The position numbers were made by a program, and so were the translations under genes. Under the pieces are notes generated by a model. That model saw nothing but the letters and a program-made list of their open reading frames with translations. It searched no databases and was not told the DNA's origin. A stretch of DNA of 64,000 nucleotides from an uncultured cyanobacterium (GTDB lineage Bacteria > Cyanobacteriota > Cyanobacteriia > Cyanobacteriales > Nostocaceae), in the NCBI GenBank assembly GCA_963740315.1, contig CAVUDP010000003.1, forward strand, positions 448,001 through 512,000, in the 5' to 3' direction. This document shows positions 32,391 through 42,892 of this stretch, piece after piece (positions within the stretch are counted from its first letter, which is position 1; each line of letters starts with the position of its first letter).

Positions 32391-34862
32391 TTGATCCAAT
32401 CCGAAACACTAGACTTACTGGAATGGTCCCGCCTATGCCAGCATTTGTCAACTTTCGCGGCAACTAAGCTGGGAGCGATCGCCGCACGTAATATTGCTAT
32501 TCCTGACTCTCAGATTCAAAGCGAATATTTATTAGCGCAAACGAAACAAGTATACGAATTAGAAAATCGTTTAGATAATGGAATTTCTTTTGAAGGAATT
32601 CAAGATTTCGGCGACTCTTTAGAAAGAGCGGAATTAAAAGGTATTTTGGCAGGGGATGAATTGTTAGCGATCGCTACTACCCTGGCTGGAGTCAGAAATT
32701 TACGTCGGCTGATCGATAACCATCCAGATTTAGAAATATTAAACGAATTAGTTGCCGATTTACGGACTTACCCAGAATTAGAACAAGAAATCCACCGCTG
32801 TATCGATGAGCGGGGACAAGTAACGGATCGTGCGAGCGAGAAACTCGGCGATATTCGTCACTCATTGCGTCAAAACCGCAGTCAAATCACCCGAAAGCTG
32901 CAAAACATCATCCAGGTAAAAGGCAACGCACTCCAAGAAACAATAATCACTCAACGCGGCGATCGATATGTAATTCCCGTAAAAGCACCGCAAAAAGACG
33001 CTATTCCAGGTATTGTACACGACACATCAACAAGCGGAGCCACCCTGTATGTGGAACCTAATTCCGTAGTGCCGATGGGCAATCAACTGCGGCAATTATT
33101 GCGGAGAGAACAAGTAGAAGAAGAAGCGGTTCGCCGTAATTTATCCGAAAAAGTCGCTGAAGTAAAACCAGATTTAGAAAAAGTACTAGCAGTAGCAACT
33201 GCATTAGATTTAGCGACTGCTAAGTCACGGTATAGCTTCTGGTTAAAAGCAAATCCTCCTCGTTTTATTAACCCTGTAGAAGAAAATATTACTTTACGTG
33301 AATTACGACATCCCTTGTTAGTGTGGCAGCAGCATCACGAACAAGGACATCCAGTAGTTCCCGTAGATTTAGTAATCAATCCATATATTCGAGTAGTTAC
33401 CATTACCGGACCGAACACGGGTGGTAAAACCGTAACTCTGAAAACCCTTGGTTTTGCAACATTAATGGCAAAAATAGGTTTATTCGTACCAGCCCGCGAG
33501 CCGGTGGAATTACCTTGGTTTGACCAAATATTAGCAGACATTGGGGACGAACAATCCTTAGAGCAGAGTTTATCAACATTTTCCGGACATATCCGCCGGA
33601 TTAGTCGGATTTTGGACGCAATTTCGACCGAGGAAGCAGGACAAGGGGACAAGGAGACAAGGAGACAAGGAGACGAAATTACTTCCCCCCATCACCCTAT
33701 CCCCCCATCTCCCCATCCCTCTTCCCTAGTATTGCTTGACGAAGTTGGCGCGGGTACCGATCCTGTTGAAGGTAGTGCATTAGCGATCGCTTTATTGAGT
33801 TATCTTGCAGATCGTTCAATGCTGACAATTGCTACTACTCACTTTGGCGAGTTGAAGGCACTGAAGTATCAAGACGAACGCTTTGAAAATGCTTCGGTAG
33901 AATTTGATGAAGCAACTTTGTCACCAACTTATCGTTTACTCTGGGGAATTCCCGGACGTTCTAATGCTTTAGCAATTGCTTCTCGTTTGGGGTTAAAAGC
34001 AGAAGTAGTAGAAAAAGCAAAAGAGGAAATGGGAGGTGCAACAGATGAAGTTAATCAAGTTATAGCCGGATTAGAAGCGCAACGTCGCCGTCAAGAAGAG
34101 AAAGCAGCACAGGCACAAGATTTATTGCAGCAAGCAGAACGTTTTTATAAAGAAGTATCGGCAAAAGCTGCATATTTAGAAGAAAGGGAAAAATCTTTAC
34201 GTGCTTCTCAGGAAATAGCAGTACAGCAAGCGATCGCTTCGGCAAAAGGTGAAATAGCTGGGGTAATTAAGCGTTTGCAACAAGGTAAACCAACCGCCCA
34301 AGATGCTCAAAAAGCTACCGAAAATATAAATAAATTAGCAGATAGATTTATACCAAAGGCTGCACCGAAAGAGAAAGTCGGCTTTATGCCAAAAGTAGGC
34401 GAACGCATTCGCATTCCCCGATTAGGACAAACGGCAGAGGTGTTAACAGCCCCTGACGAAGATGGAGAGTTTAACGTCCGGTTTGGAATCATGAAAATGA
34501 CGGTCAAACTAGAGGATGTGGAATCTTTAAATGGGGAAAAAGCGCAGACACCAGTTAAAGCAAAACCAGCAGCCAAACCAGCAGAACCAGCAGCCAAACC
34601 AGCAGAAAGCGAACCTTTAATTCGTACTTCCAAAAACACCGTAGATTTACGGGGAAGAAGAGTAGCAGATGCCGAATTAGTTTTAGATAAAGCGATTTCA
34701 GAAGCTGCAAGAGCAATATGGATAATTCACGGACACGGAACCGGAAAACTGCGTCAAGGAGTTCATGCTTTTTTAAAGCAGCACCCTAGAATCAGTAATT
34801 ACGAAGCAGCACCGCAAAACGATGGTGGTACCGGGGTTACGATTGCGTATGTCAAAGGTTAA
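32391..34862 (+). CDS. mutS2: Endonuclease MutS2
   Basis: ITGPNTGGKT, DIGDEQSLEQSLSTFSGH, LLDEVGAGTDP, C-terminal Smr domain (IIHGHGTG). Confidence 0.97.
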   Translation: MIQSETLDLLEWSRLCQHLSTFAATKLGAIAARNIAIPDSQIQSEYLLAQTKQVYELENRLDNGISFEGIQDFGDSLERAELKGILAGDELLAIATTLAGVRNLRRLIDNHPDLEILNELVADLRTYPELEQEIHRCIDERGQVTDRASEKLGDIRHSLRQNRSQITRKLQNIIQVKGNALQETIITQRGDRYVIPVKAPQKDAIPGIVHDTSTSGATLYVEPNSVVPMGNQLRQLLRREQVEEEAVRRNLSEKVAEVKPDLEKVLAVATALDLATAKSRYSFWLKANPPRFINPVEENITLRELRHPLLVWQQHHEQGHPVVPVDLVINPYIRVVTITGPNTGGKTVTLKTLGFATLMAKIGLFVPAREPVELPWFDQILADIGDEQSLEQSLSTFSGHIRRISRILDAISTEEAGQGDKETRRQGDEITSPHHPIPPSPHPSSLVLLDEVGAGTDPVEGSALAIALLSYLADRSMLTIATTHFGELKALKYQDERFENASVEFDEATLSPTYRLLWGIPGRSNALAIASRLGLKAEVVEKAKEEMGGATDEVNQVIAGLEAQRRRQEEKAAQAQDLLQQAERFYKEVSAKAAYLEEREKSLRASQEIAVQQAIASAKGEIAGVIKRLQQGKPTAQDAQKATENINKLADRFIPKAAPKEKVGFMPKVGERIRIPRLGQTAEVLTAPDEDGEFNVRFGIMKMTVKLEDVESLNGEKAQTPVKAKPAAKPAEPAAKPAESEPLIRTSKNTVDLRGRRVADAELVLDKAISEAARAIWIIHGHGTGKLRQGVHAFLKQHPRISNYEAAPQNDGGTGVTIAYVKG

Positions 34863-35172
34863 AGGTTAAAGGTCTGCATATTAAAGGTGTAATAACTACT
34901 CCCCCCTCTCCTTGTCCCCTTGTCTCCCATTCCCAATGCCCATTCACGCGGAGCGTGCGGGCGTATCCCAATTCCCAATTAAAAAATTTCCCTTTGACAA
35001 AATGGAAATTGAATCTAAAGTAGGTAAAAGACAAATTGCTGTTGACCCAAATCAGGTGTAAAGCTTGCCAAATTGCGATTTTTTTGCTATGGCTTGCGGA
35101 AACCAATATAAAATGTTGAGAGTCTGGTTTCAAAATGGGTAACAGCAACAGTCCCAAAAGGCCCGATCACCT

Positions 35173-35778
35173 ATGCTTAAAGTTATGCACTCTGCTGGCG
35201 ATTCACCCACTATTAGTTCCCAGTGGGAGGATTTAACTAATATTGCCGCCCCAACATCCATTCAATGGGACGATATCAAAGCCCAAATTGACTTGGTGCT
35301 GTTGGCTCTAGAAGCTTTGACTGGCATCGGTTCCGAAGCAATGCTCTCTGCGGCAATTAATCTTAATTTAGAATCAAGAGTGCCAGACCGGGTGGCGCTG
35401 TGGCGACTGCGCCAGTCTAACCCCATACGTAAAGGTCAAGGAGGCAGAAAAAAATTAGATGTAGAAGAAGCGCGATCGTTAGTTTTGATTACTTGCTATC
35501 TTGCCAAACAGCACCAAGAATTAATTCGTCGTGCTGTTGACTTGTTAGAGCAGCAAGCGTTGAACAACCGCGAACCTCATTACTCTGCTTTATTGGGAGA
35601 TTACATCGATGCTTTCTGCAACACTTATCAAGAGCGGATGGAAGAGGATGAGAAAATCTCCACAGATATACTCACCAATTTGGCACTAAAACTACTGATA
35701 GATTTAGTTTTCTACAGTGGTCCCGGTGGACACCGCCGTCTCTGGCTAGCACTTATAGATCGTTCAACAAAATTTTAA
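35173..35778 (+). CDS. DUF3038 family protein
   Basis: DLVLLALEAL, RVALWRLRQSNP, LLIDLVFYSGPGG..RLW. Confidence 0.85.
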   Translation: MLKVMHSAGDSPTISSQWEDLTNIAAPTSIQWDDIKAQIDLVLLALEALTGIGSEAMLSAAINLNLESRVPDRVALWRLRQSNPIRKGQGGRKKLDVEEARSLVLITCYLAKQHQELIRRAVDLLEQQALNNREPHYSALLGDYIDAFCNTYQERMEEDEKISTDILTNLALKLLIDLVFYSGPGGHRRLWLALIDRSTKF

Positions 35779-35802
35779 AATGTCCAAGACGCATTTACTG
35801 CC

Positions 35803-37344
35803 ATGCCTCTATCAAATTCAGTGATTCGTCGGTATACGCCGCCTACCTGCACGTTAGAAGTTGTGGCGCAAAGTTCTCCTTTGTCGCGGTGGATGGGTAA
35901 ATCCGTTCTCAAGCAGGTTAGATTCAATCTTCGTTTTGACTCGCCGCGACAACCAGAAAAGGAACTTATTGTAGTCCAAGGCGACCGGGACCAGTTGGAA
36001 GCTTTATATACGGCAGTCTCAGGTTACGTACAGGAAATCTTGCAACAGTCACCAGAAAATTTCTGGGCTTCCAGGGTTGAAGCGCACAAAGTTAGTAAAA
36101 CATTTGAACCTACAGCAGCGTCGGATGTTCCTAACTTGGAAAATATTTCACCCAACGGAAACGAATTTGCTTATAGTTCCAATATTTATTTACAACCAAG
36201 CAGCAATTTGACTCATCAACTGTTTCTTGGTTCCTTAGCAAACCAAGTTAGCGGTTCTTCAATTCAACTGGGTTTGCTGCAATTATTTGATTTAGCAACA
36301 GCTTTAGATGAGTATATAGTTGATGTTGTCGCTTTACCTACCGAAACTCAACCGCGCAGAAGAAATAATTTTGCAATCCCTGCTTGGGCACCTGTTGCAG
36401 CAGTAATGGTATTGGGCTTGGGCTTAATGCCATTTACATATCAATACGCTAACCGGGTTCGAGAACAAAAGGGAACGAGCAAAATAGCGACAAATAATGA
36501 AATTGGTAGTGATGCGAATAGTACGCTGTTAACGCCATTACCAACGCCAAATTCTTTACTTACTCCTTCACCGCTACCACCTAATGGTTCTGGTGTTACC
36601 TTAAGCGATCCTCTTTCACCAGGCTCTTTAACATCTCTCAATCCAAATTTATCCGCGACTCAGAAACCAGGTAGCACTTTTCCCTCAGCCTCCACAAATC
36701 CCAACAGCAGTTTGCCTAATCTTCCCTTGTTCCCAGAAGGTAGCAGTACGACGACAAAACCGCTAATTTCTCCAAATCCATCTACCTTAACCCCAGGGGG
36801 AAGTAGTTCCGCATTGCTTCCTAAAAGTAATTCGCCATCTAGTTTGCCGTCACTCACGAACCCATCTCCCCCAAAAATTCCCGTACTTCCAAAACAAGCC
36901 ACTGCACCCACTCAAAACAATCAAGCAAATTCGCTTCCAGATTCCTCTAAAAATAGTAGCGATTTAGCAGCACAATTAAGAAGGAGTAGTGCAGATTCCG
37001 CAGCAAATAGTGGCGAAAAAACGACTGCAACAACAGCCGCAGCCAATAGTGAAACATTGTTCGATACCAATCAAGTCGCGGAAGTAAGAAATTATTTTGA
37101 AAAACGCTGGCAGCCACCTAGCGGATTAAAACAGCCTTTGCAATACAGTTTGACAGTAGGTGTTGATGGTGCGCTCGAACAAATTCTTCCTTTAGGAAAA
37201 GCTGCAAGAGATTATGTTGATAAGGCTGGCATTCCACAAATTGGTCAACCTTTCGTTTCTCCCAGTCGGAATGGGCAAAATGTAAAAATACGTGCAGTTT
37301 TCAAACCAAATGGTCAAGTACAAGCCTTTCCTGAAACGGATTAG
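35803..37344 (+). CDS. DUF4335-domain membrane protein with Pro/Ser-rich linker
   Basis: RRYTPPTCTLEV and LQLFDLATALDEY; one TM helix; C-terminal YFEKRWQPP...LQYSL. Confidence 0.8.
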   Translation: MPLSNSVIRRYTPPTCTLEVVAQSSPLSRWMGKSVLKQVRFNLRFDSPRQPEKELIVVQGDRDQLEALYTAVSGYVQEILQQSPENFWASRVEAHKVSKTFEPTAASDVPNLENISPNGNEFAYSSNIYLQPSSNLTHQLFLGSLANQVSGSSIQLGLLQLFDLATALDEYIVDVVALPTETQPRRRNNFAIPAWAPVAAVMVLGLGLMPFTYQYANRVREQKGTSKIATNNEIGSDANSTLLTPLPTPNSLLTPSPLPPNGSGVTLSDPLSPGSLTSLNPNLSATQKPGSTFPSASTNPNSSLPNLPLFPEGSSTTTKPLISPNPSTLTPGGSSSALLPKSNSPSSLPSLTNPSPPKIPVLPKQATAPTQNNQANSLPDSSKNSSDLAAQLRRSSADSAANSGEKTTATTAAANSETLFDTNQVAEVRNYFEKRWQPPSGLKQPLQYSLTVGVDGALEQILPLGKAARDYVDKAGIPQIGQPFVSPSRNGQNVKIRAVFKPNGQVQAFPETD

Positions 37345-37889
37345 ACAGAGTGCTTCAAACAAGAGTTGGTAAAAAATCGGGTTTCTTGAGAATGGCTGAA
37401 AACTTAATTATCGCCAAAGAAACCCGGCTTTAAGTTTTTCATAAAAACAAGTGTATATAAGTTTCAACCGTCTCGCCATTGCGTCGGTGATACAAAGTAA
37501 GTTAAGTTTGAAATGCAACTTTTGGAGCTACAAAATATTCGTATAGATACAGACGTACCAATATACGTCTATTTTACATTAAAAAAAATCTATATTAATT
37601 CGTTTAGTTTCACCAGCACAGGTTGGCGACGGCAACCCTTACTCGCCTTGGTTTTATCAACCAAAGGTGCTTTTTAATGGGAACAAGTAATAATAGATTT
37701 TTGAGTGCAATGTATCATCTATTAATCGTTAGCTAATACCCATGATTTTAATGCTAACTATGAATTAATAAGTAGAAATACCATAGAATTAAAAGGCATT
37801 ATCAGTTCAAAATAATAGATTGTGGACTATAAACGCCGTTAATTTGGCAACAAATTCTACACGAAACCTGAGTAAATTATAATGTTATT

Positions 37890-38972
37890 TTGGCATCAAC
37901 TGTCATGACCTCCAATGATTTTTATATATCAGAGCATCTTCAAGCGGATATCTTTGAGCTAATAGAAAAGTTACCGAACTTAAAAAATCGGAAATACATC
38001 GAGCAGACTTTAAATACTGTATTGCGACTTGCTGGCGATGAAATTGACCGGCTAGACTGGAAAATCTTGTCAGCATCTTTGGCAGATATGGAACGGGGTT
38101 TCCAGTTGTTTCATACCTACAAACACGTTCGTAAAGTTACCATATTTGGGTCGGCGCGTTTATCCCCAGAAACACCAGACTACAAGATGGCAAGGGATTT
38201 TGGACGCTGCGTATCTGAGTTGGGGTTCATGGTAATTACTGGTGGTGGTGGTGGCATAATGCACGCCGGACACGAAGGTGCTGGAAGAGAAAACTCCTTT
38301 GGTTTAAATATCGAGCTACCCTTTGAACAAGAAGCAAACCCAATTATTCAGGGTGATGAGAAACTAATTCACTTTAAATATTTCTTTACCCGCAAGCTAT
38401 TTTTGCTCAAAGAAAGTGATGCAGTAGCATTATTCCCCGGTGGTTTTGGCACTCAAGACGAAGCATTCGAGTGCATGACTTTGAGTCAAACTGGTAAATT
38501 TGGACCAGTTCCGTTAATTTTAATCGATCATCCCGGTGGTGATTACTGGAAATCTTGGAGCGAATATATTGATAAACAGTTGGTTGAAAAAGGTCTGGTA
38601 AGTCCTGAAGATCCCAGTTTGTATACCGTTACAGATAATTTAGAAGTTGCTTGTAACGCCATAACTCAATTTTTCAAAGTTTATCACTCCAGTCGTTACG
38701 TTAGCGATCGCCTAGTGATTCGCTTAAAGTCGGAGTTATCTGACGCTGAAGTCGAAAAGCTGAATGCACAATTCAGCGAAATTTTAGTGAAAGGGAAAAT
38801 AGAGAAAAGTCAAGCTTTACCACAAGAAGGAGCAGACGAAGCTGTTGGGCTTCCCCGGTTGCTGCTGTACTTCAATCAAAAGGATTTAGGACGCTTGTAT
38901 CAAATGATTGCAGCGATTAATCAAATGGGACATCTTTCGGCTGAAGATGCCCAACATCCGGAAAGGAAGTAA
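37890..38972 (+). CDS. LOG-family (lysine decarboxylase-like) protein
   Basis: VTIFGSAR, ITGGGGGIM, FKYFFTRK, FPGGFGTQDE; start may be ATG at 37905. Confidence 0.9.
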   Translation: MASTVMTSNDFYISEHLQADIFELIEKLPNLKNRKYIEQTLNTVLRLAGDEIDRLDWKILSASLADMERGFQLFHTYKHVRKVTIFGSARLSPETPDYKMARDFGRCVSELGFMVITGGGGGIMHAGHEGAGRENSFGLNIELPFEQEANPIIQGDEKLIHFKYFFTRKLFLLKESDAVALFPGGFGTQDEAFECMTLSQTGKFGPVPLILIDHPGGDYWKSWSEYIDKQLVEKGLVSPEDPSLYTVTDNLEVACNAITQFFKVYHSSRYVSDRLVIRLKSELSDAEVEKLNAQFSEILVKGKIEKSQALPQEGADEAVGLPRLLLYFNQKDLGRLYQMIAAINQMGHLSAEDAQHPERK

Positions 38973-38974
38973 GT

Positions 38975-39155
38975 TTGGGCATGGAGCATTGGGAATTAAC
39001 CCTCAGACTGGAAGTCTGGGGAACCATCAAAACAAAGCCCGTCTGAGCCGCAGCTTCGCTGAACACCGACTAAGAAATAGAAATAAGTAATCTCCAGTGA
39101 CTCGTTCCCAGCCTCCAGGCTGGGAATGCTGTTTCAGGAGGCTCTGCCTCCGGTG
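38975..39155. repeat. Mosaic of dispersed palindromic repeats
   Basis: CAGACTGGAAGTCTG hairpin element and TTCCCAGCCTCCAGGCTGGGAA / GGAGGCTCTGCCTCC palindromes. Confidence 0.65.
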
Positions 39156-39284
39156 GCAATTGCGTTTTGATTGTTTCGGACGGATTAGAAGCCCATCCCA
39201 CAAGAGATGAATTTTCTATAAAACTAAAAACTAAAAAAATCTTTAGCATTAAATTTAGTGCAAATTTGATGCATAATTAATTCT

Positions 39285-39575
39285 ATGTTAAATATCAGTC
39301 GAGATATTCATTCACTCTCAAGCTTTAAACGAAATACGCCTTCATTTATCGAACAAATGAAGCAGACAGGAGAACCCGTAGTGTTAACGGTTAATGGTAA
39401 AGCCGAAATAGTAGTTCAGGATGCAGAGTCTTACCAAAAATTACTTGATGCGTTGGAAAGGTTGGAAGCTATAGCCGGAATTAAACAAGGGCTAGAAGAT
39501 GTAGAGGCTGGTAAAACTATTTCGATAAAGGAATTTGAGCAAGAAGTAAAGCAAAAACATGACATTTCAAGTTAG
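39285..39575 (+). CDS. Phd/YefM-family antitoxin
   Basis: IHSLSSFKRN...TGEPVVLTVNGKAEIVVQDAESYQ...IKQGLEDVEAGK. Confidence 0.9.
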   Translation: MLNISRDIHSLSSFKRNTPSFIEQMKQTGEPVVLTVNGKAEIVVQDAESYQKLLDALERLEAIAGIKQGLEDVEAGKTISIKEFEQEVKQKHDISS

Positions 39576-39618
39576 GTTTACTCAAACGGTAAAGGCTACT
39601 TTTAGGTTTTATAGGTAA
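39559..39618 (+). pseudogene. Truncated 5' remnant of a RelE/ParE-like toxin
   Basis: Overlaps the antitoxin 3' end; reads MTFQVRFTQTVKATFRFYR* (19 aa), resembling the RelE/ParE first beta-strand. Confidence 0.5.
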
Positions 39619-39622
39619 TCCA

Positions 39623-39995
39623 ATGAAGCAGGTTTCTACAATTTTATTGAGTTTTCTGTTGATGGCTTCTTCTGCGTCTCAACCTCCTCAACTGTTAGAA
39701 GTGTTTCCTACAGAAAATTCAGCACAGACTTCCGTACAGTTTGTTGGCGCTGCATTGAATTTTCGTTTGGGAGAAGAAGCTGAGCAAGGCTCGGTGCAAC
39801 TATTTGTTGATGGAATAGATGTCACCAAAAAAGCTCGGATTAGTGGCACCCGTGACTGGCCTTTCTAGCTATTATAAAATTTCTTATACACCGAATTCTT
39901 TTGAACTAGGCACTCATTGTGCTGAAATTCGGTTTCGGACTATAGACAATAAAACGAAATCTTATAGCTGGTCTTTTTCTGTTAAATCTCCTTAA
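39623..39995 (+). pseudogene. Frameshifted secreted beta-rich (Ig-like) protein
   Basis: Signal-like N-terminus and VQLFVDGIDVT, stop at 39868; +1 frame from 39864 continues SSYYKISYTPNSFELGTHCAEIRFRTIDNKTKSYSWSFSVKSP*. Confidence 0.65.
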
Positions 39996-40273
39996 TATTA
40001 GCTTGTAGGTTAGGTTAGACAGGAAAATCAAATTTCGTTTGTAACGCCTGCTTTATAATTATCGTGTCGTAACTCAACATTATTAGGATTGCGATCGATT
40101 GAGATATTTAAGAATACGCCGGAAAGAATTTGTTGGGTTACAGCGCTAAGATAATTTATTATCGAATATTATTACTCTTCGTGGGCTTATCCCAACTTAC
40201 TACTTTCCATTTGTTTGGTATAAGTTTACTAATAAATAGCAAAAATATTTTCATAAAAGGGGAATTTTTGAAT

Positions 40274-41182
40274 ATGCAATTGGAAGAAATTATATCGAAG
40301 TTAGAAAATAATTATGGCAAATTACCCCGCGAAGCTTTAGAAAGAGCCATCGAAGAAAAGGAAGCCATTACTCCTTTATTGTTAGATATTTTATCGAATT
40401 GTAAAAATAACCTTGAGGAGATATCAAATAAACCTGACTATATTCTACATATTTGTGCATTTTACCTACTCGCACAATTTAGAGAACCATTAGCTTATCC
40501 GATTATTATCGATTTCTTCTCAATTCCGGGAGATATGCCAGTTGATGCAACGGGCGATTTGTTAGGGGGAGGCTTGGCTAAAATACTTGCTTCTGTTTGT
40601 TATAGAAATATTGAACCTATCAAACAACTGATAGAAAATCAAGAAGTTAATGAATGGGTAAGAGCCTCTGCTCTTGATTCCTTGATTATTTTAGTTGTTC
40701 AAGAAATTATTTCTAGACAGGAAATTATCGAGTATTATAAAGAACTTTTTTCAAATCTTTTTGCAAATAAATATAATGCACCTCAAGTTAAAGAAGAACC
40801 GGATTATATCTGGACTCACTTAGTAATGAATAGTTCTATGTTTGCTCCCGTAGAACTACAGCAATATATTGAACGAACTTTTGATGAGGATTTAATTCAA
40901 CCGCTTTATTTCGAGCGGCAAGAGTTTAACAATCTATTAGAAATAGCTTCGGAAGCGACTTTGAACGCACTTCCTAATGATATTTTTTATACTTTGGTTG
41001 AAGATGCTATATCTGAGATAAAATCCGAAGTTTTCTGGATTTCCCCATTTCAACAAACTCGCAATACTTTGACTAAGGTAGAAGGATTTTCTAACTCACC
41101 TAATAAATCTAAAACTAAAGTAAAGAACAAGAAAAAAATGCAGCAAGAATCTCGTCGAAAAAATCGGTCGAAGAAAAAGTAA
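40274..41182 (+). CDS. DUF1186-domain protein with basic C-terminal tail
   Basis: LPREALERAIE, AFYLLAQFRE..AYP, NEWVRASAL; tail KKKMQQESRRKNR; ATG 40274 preferred because the upstream extension is repeat-derived. Confidence 0.8.
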   Translation: MQLEEIISKLENNYGKLPREALERAIEEKEAITPLLLDILSNCKNNLEEISNKPDYILHICAFYLLAQFREPLAYPIIIDFFSIPGDMPVDATGDLLGGGLAKILASVCYRNIEPIKQLIENQEVNEWVRASALDSLIILVVQEIISRQEIIEYYKELFSNLFANKYNAPQVKEEPDYIWTHLVMNSSMFAPVELQQYIERTFDEDLIQPLYFERQEFNNLLEIASEATLNALPNDIFYTLVEDAISEIKSEVFWISPFQQTRNTLTKVEGFSNSPNKSKTKVKNKKKMQQESRRKNRSKKK

Positions 41183-41301
41183 TTTTCGAGCATTTTCTCC
41201 GCTAATTTCATAAAGTAAGCTATTTCGTGACATTTAGCTACTCAAGCTTTCAAATTAAATCTACGGTGGGCATTTGCCCACCACAAAAACTAAATAAACA
41301 G

Positions 41302-42777
41302 TTAGCTAAGAACCCAATTAACCAAAGTCCGAACGCCGAAACCAGTTGCACCAGAAGGATTGTAGCCGTTATCTTTATCAGTCCACACGGGACCTGCAAC
41401 GTCTAAATGCGCCCAAGCGGGGGTATCTTTAACAAACTGCTTTAAAAATAAAGATGCAGTAATCGAACCACCCGCACGAGGTCCGGTATTCTTCATATCG
41501 GCAATACCAGATTTTAATCCTTCAAAATACTTCTCTTCCATCGGCATTCGCCAGAATTTCTCTCCGGCACTTTCAGAAGCTTTCTGTAATTCGGATGCTA
41601 ATTCATCGCTGGGGGTAAACAACCCGGCAATTTCATTACCCAAAGCAACAATACAGGCTCCTGTCAAAGTTGCTAAATCCACGATCGCATCTACTCCCAA
41701 CTTATCGGCAAACACTAACGCATCCGCTAACGTTAAACGTCCTTCAGCGTCGGTGTTATTAACTTCGATAGTCTTACCGTTAGAAGCTTTGAGGATATCG
41801 CCGGGATGCATGGCGTGTCCGCTAATCATGTTTTCAGCGACGGCAGAAATAAAGTGAACTTCTGCATCTGGCTTGAGTTGACCAATTGCTTTGGCAGCAC
41901 CCAAGGTAGCCGCAGCGCCACCCATATCCATTTTCATGGTTTCAATACCGCTACCAGCACCTTTGATATTTAATCCACCAGAGTCGAAGGTTACACCTTT
42001 GCCAATAATTGCTAACTTACGTCTTGGCGTACCTTGGGGTTTATAGGTGAGGTGAATAAATTTCGGAGGCAAATCGGAAGCTTGCGCTACTCCCAAAAAA
42101 GCACCCATGCCTAACTTTTCACAGTCTTCTTTTTCCAGAATTTCTATTTCTAACCCGTGTTCGGAAGCAATTTCTTGAGCGACTTCCGCCATAGTCACCG
42201 GGGTGACTTCATTAGCTGGCGCTGCAACTAATTGTCGTGCCAGCATTACACCCGAAGCTATTTGATTAGCAAGGGTAACTGCTGCTTCTTGTCCGCCTAA
42301 ACCTAGTAAATCTACGGTTTCTACTTGTGTTTCTTTTTCTTCCGGTTCCGACTTGAAACGGTTATCTTGATAAAGTGCTAACTGCACGCCTTCAGCGATC
42401 GCCTGTGCAGTTTGTGCTGCGTCATCATGACAAACTGGTAAACTGATACCCAAAGACTTACATTTTTGCTTTTTAGCTAACTTTGCTACTGCTGCGGCTG
42501 CACGTCTTAAGCTTTCAGCATTCAAAGTTTCAGCTTTACCCAAGCCCACTAACATAACTTTACGAATAGAATTGCCACCACTTAAGCGGGTGAAAACACT
42601 ACTGTTAGGTTTTGCTTTAAATTCTTCATCCTCTATTAATTCTTTTAAAGCACCGGCTAACTTTTTATCCAAAGCAGCCAAATCGCCAGTTAACTCTAAT
42701 CCATCTTCAAATAATCCTACCGCCAAACCATCCCCAGACCAATCTGAAAGCGGTGTATTACTCGCTCGAATTTCCAT
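41302..42777 (-). CDS. pepA: Leucyl aminopeptidase (M17)
   Basis: [41 protein letters not shown]. Confidence 0.97.
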   Translation of the reverse strand: MEIRASNTPLSDWSGDGLAVGLFEDGLELTGDLAALDKKLAGALKELIEDEEFKAKPNSSVFTRLSGGNSIRKVMLVGLGKAETLNAESLRRAAAAVAKLAKKQKCKSLGISLPVCHDDAAQTAQAIAEGVQLALYQDNRFKSEPEEKETQVETVDLLGLGGQEAAVTLANQIASGVMLARQLVAAPANEVTPVTMAEVAQEIASEHGLEIEILEKEDCEKLGMGAFLGVAQASDLPPKFIHLTYKPQGTPRRKLAIIGKGVTFDSGGLNIKGAGSGIETMKMDMGGAAATLGAAKAIGQLKPDAEVHFISAVAENMISGHAMHPGDILKASNGKTIEVNNTDAEGRLTLADALVFADKLGVDAIVDLATLTGACIVALGNEIAGLFTPSDELASELQKASESAGEKFWRMPMEEKYFEGLKSGIADMKNTGPRAGGSITASLFLKQFVKDTPAWAHLDVAGPVWTDKDNGYNPSGATGFGVRTLVNWVLS

Positions 42778-42892
42778 TTCGTATCCAACAAGTGACTTTA
42801 CTTGTACCAGTATTGCTCAAAATTCACGCTTTGTGCTGCCAGATTGAAGAGTTAGGAGTTAAGGACTTGCAAAAAATAATTTATTTTATTTT

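Noticed and set aside
40130..40273. N-terminal 48 aa extension of the DUF1186 protein
   Set aside because: It starts within a REP-like palindrome (TGTTGGGTTAC...CCCAACTTAC); the true start is more likely ATG 40274
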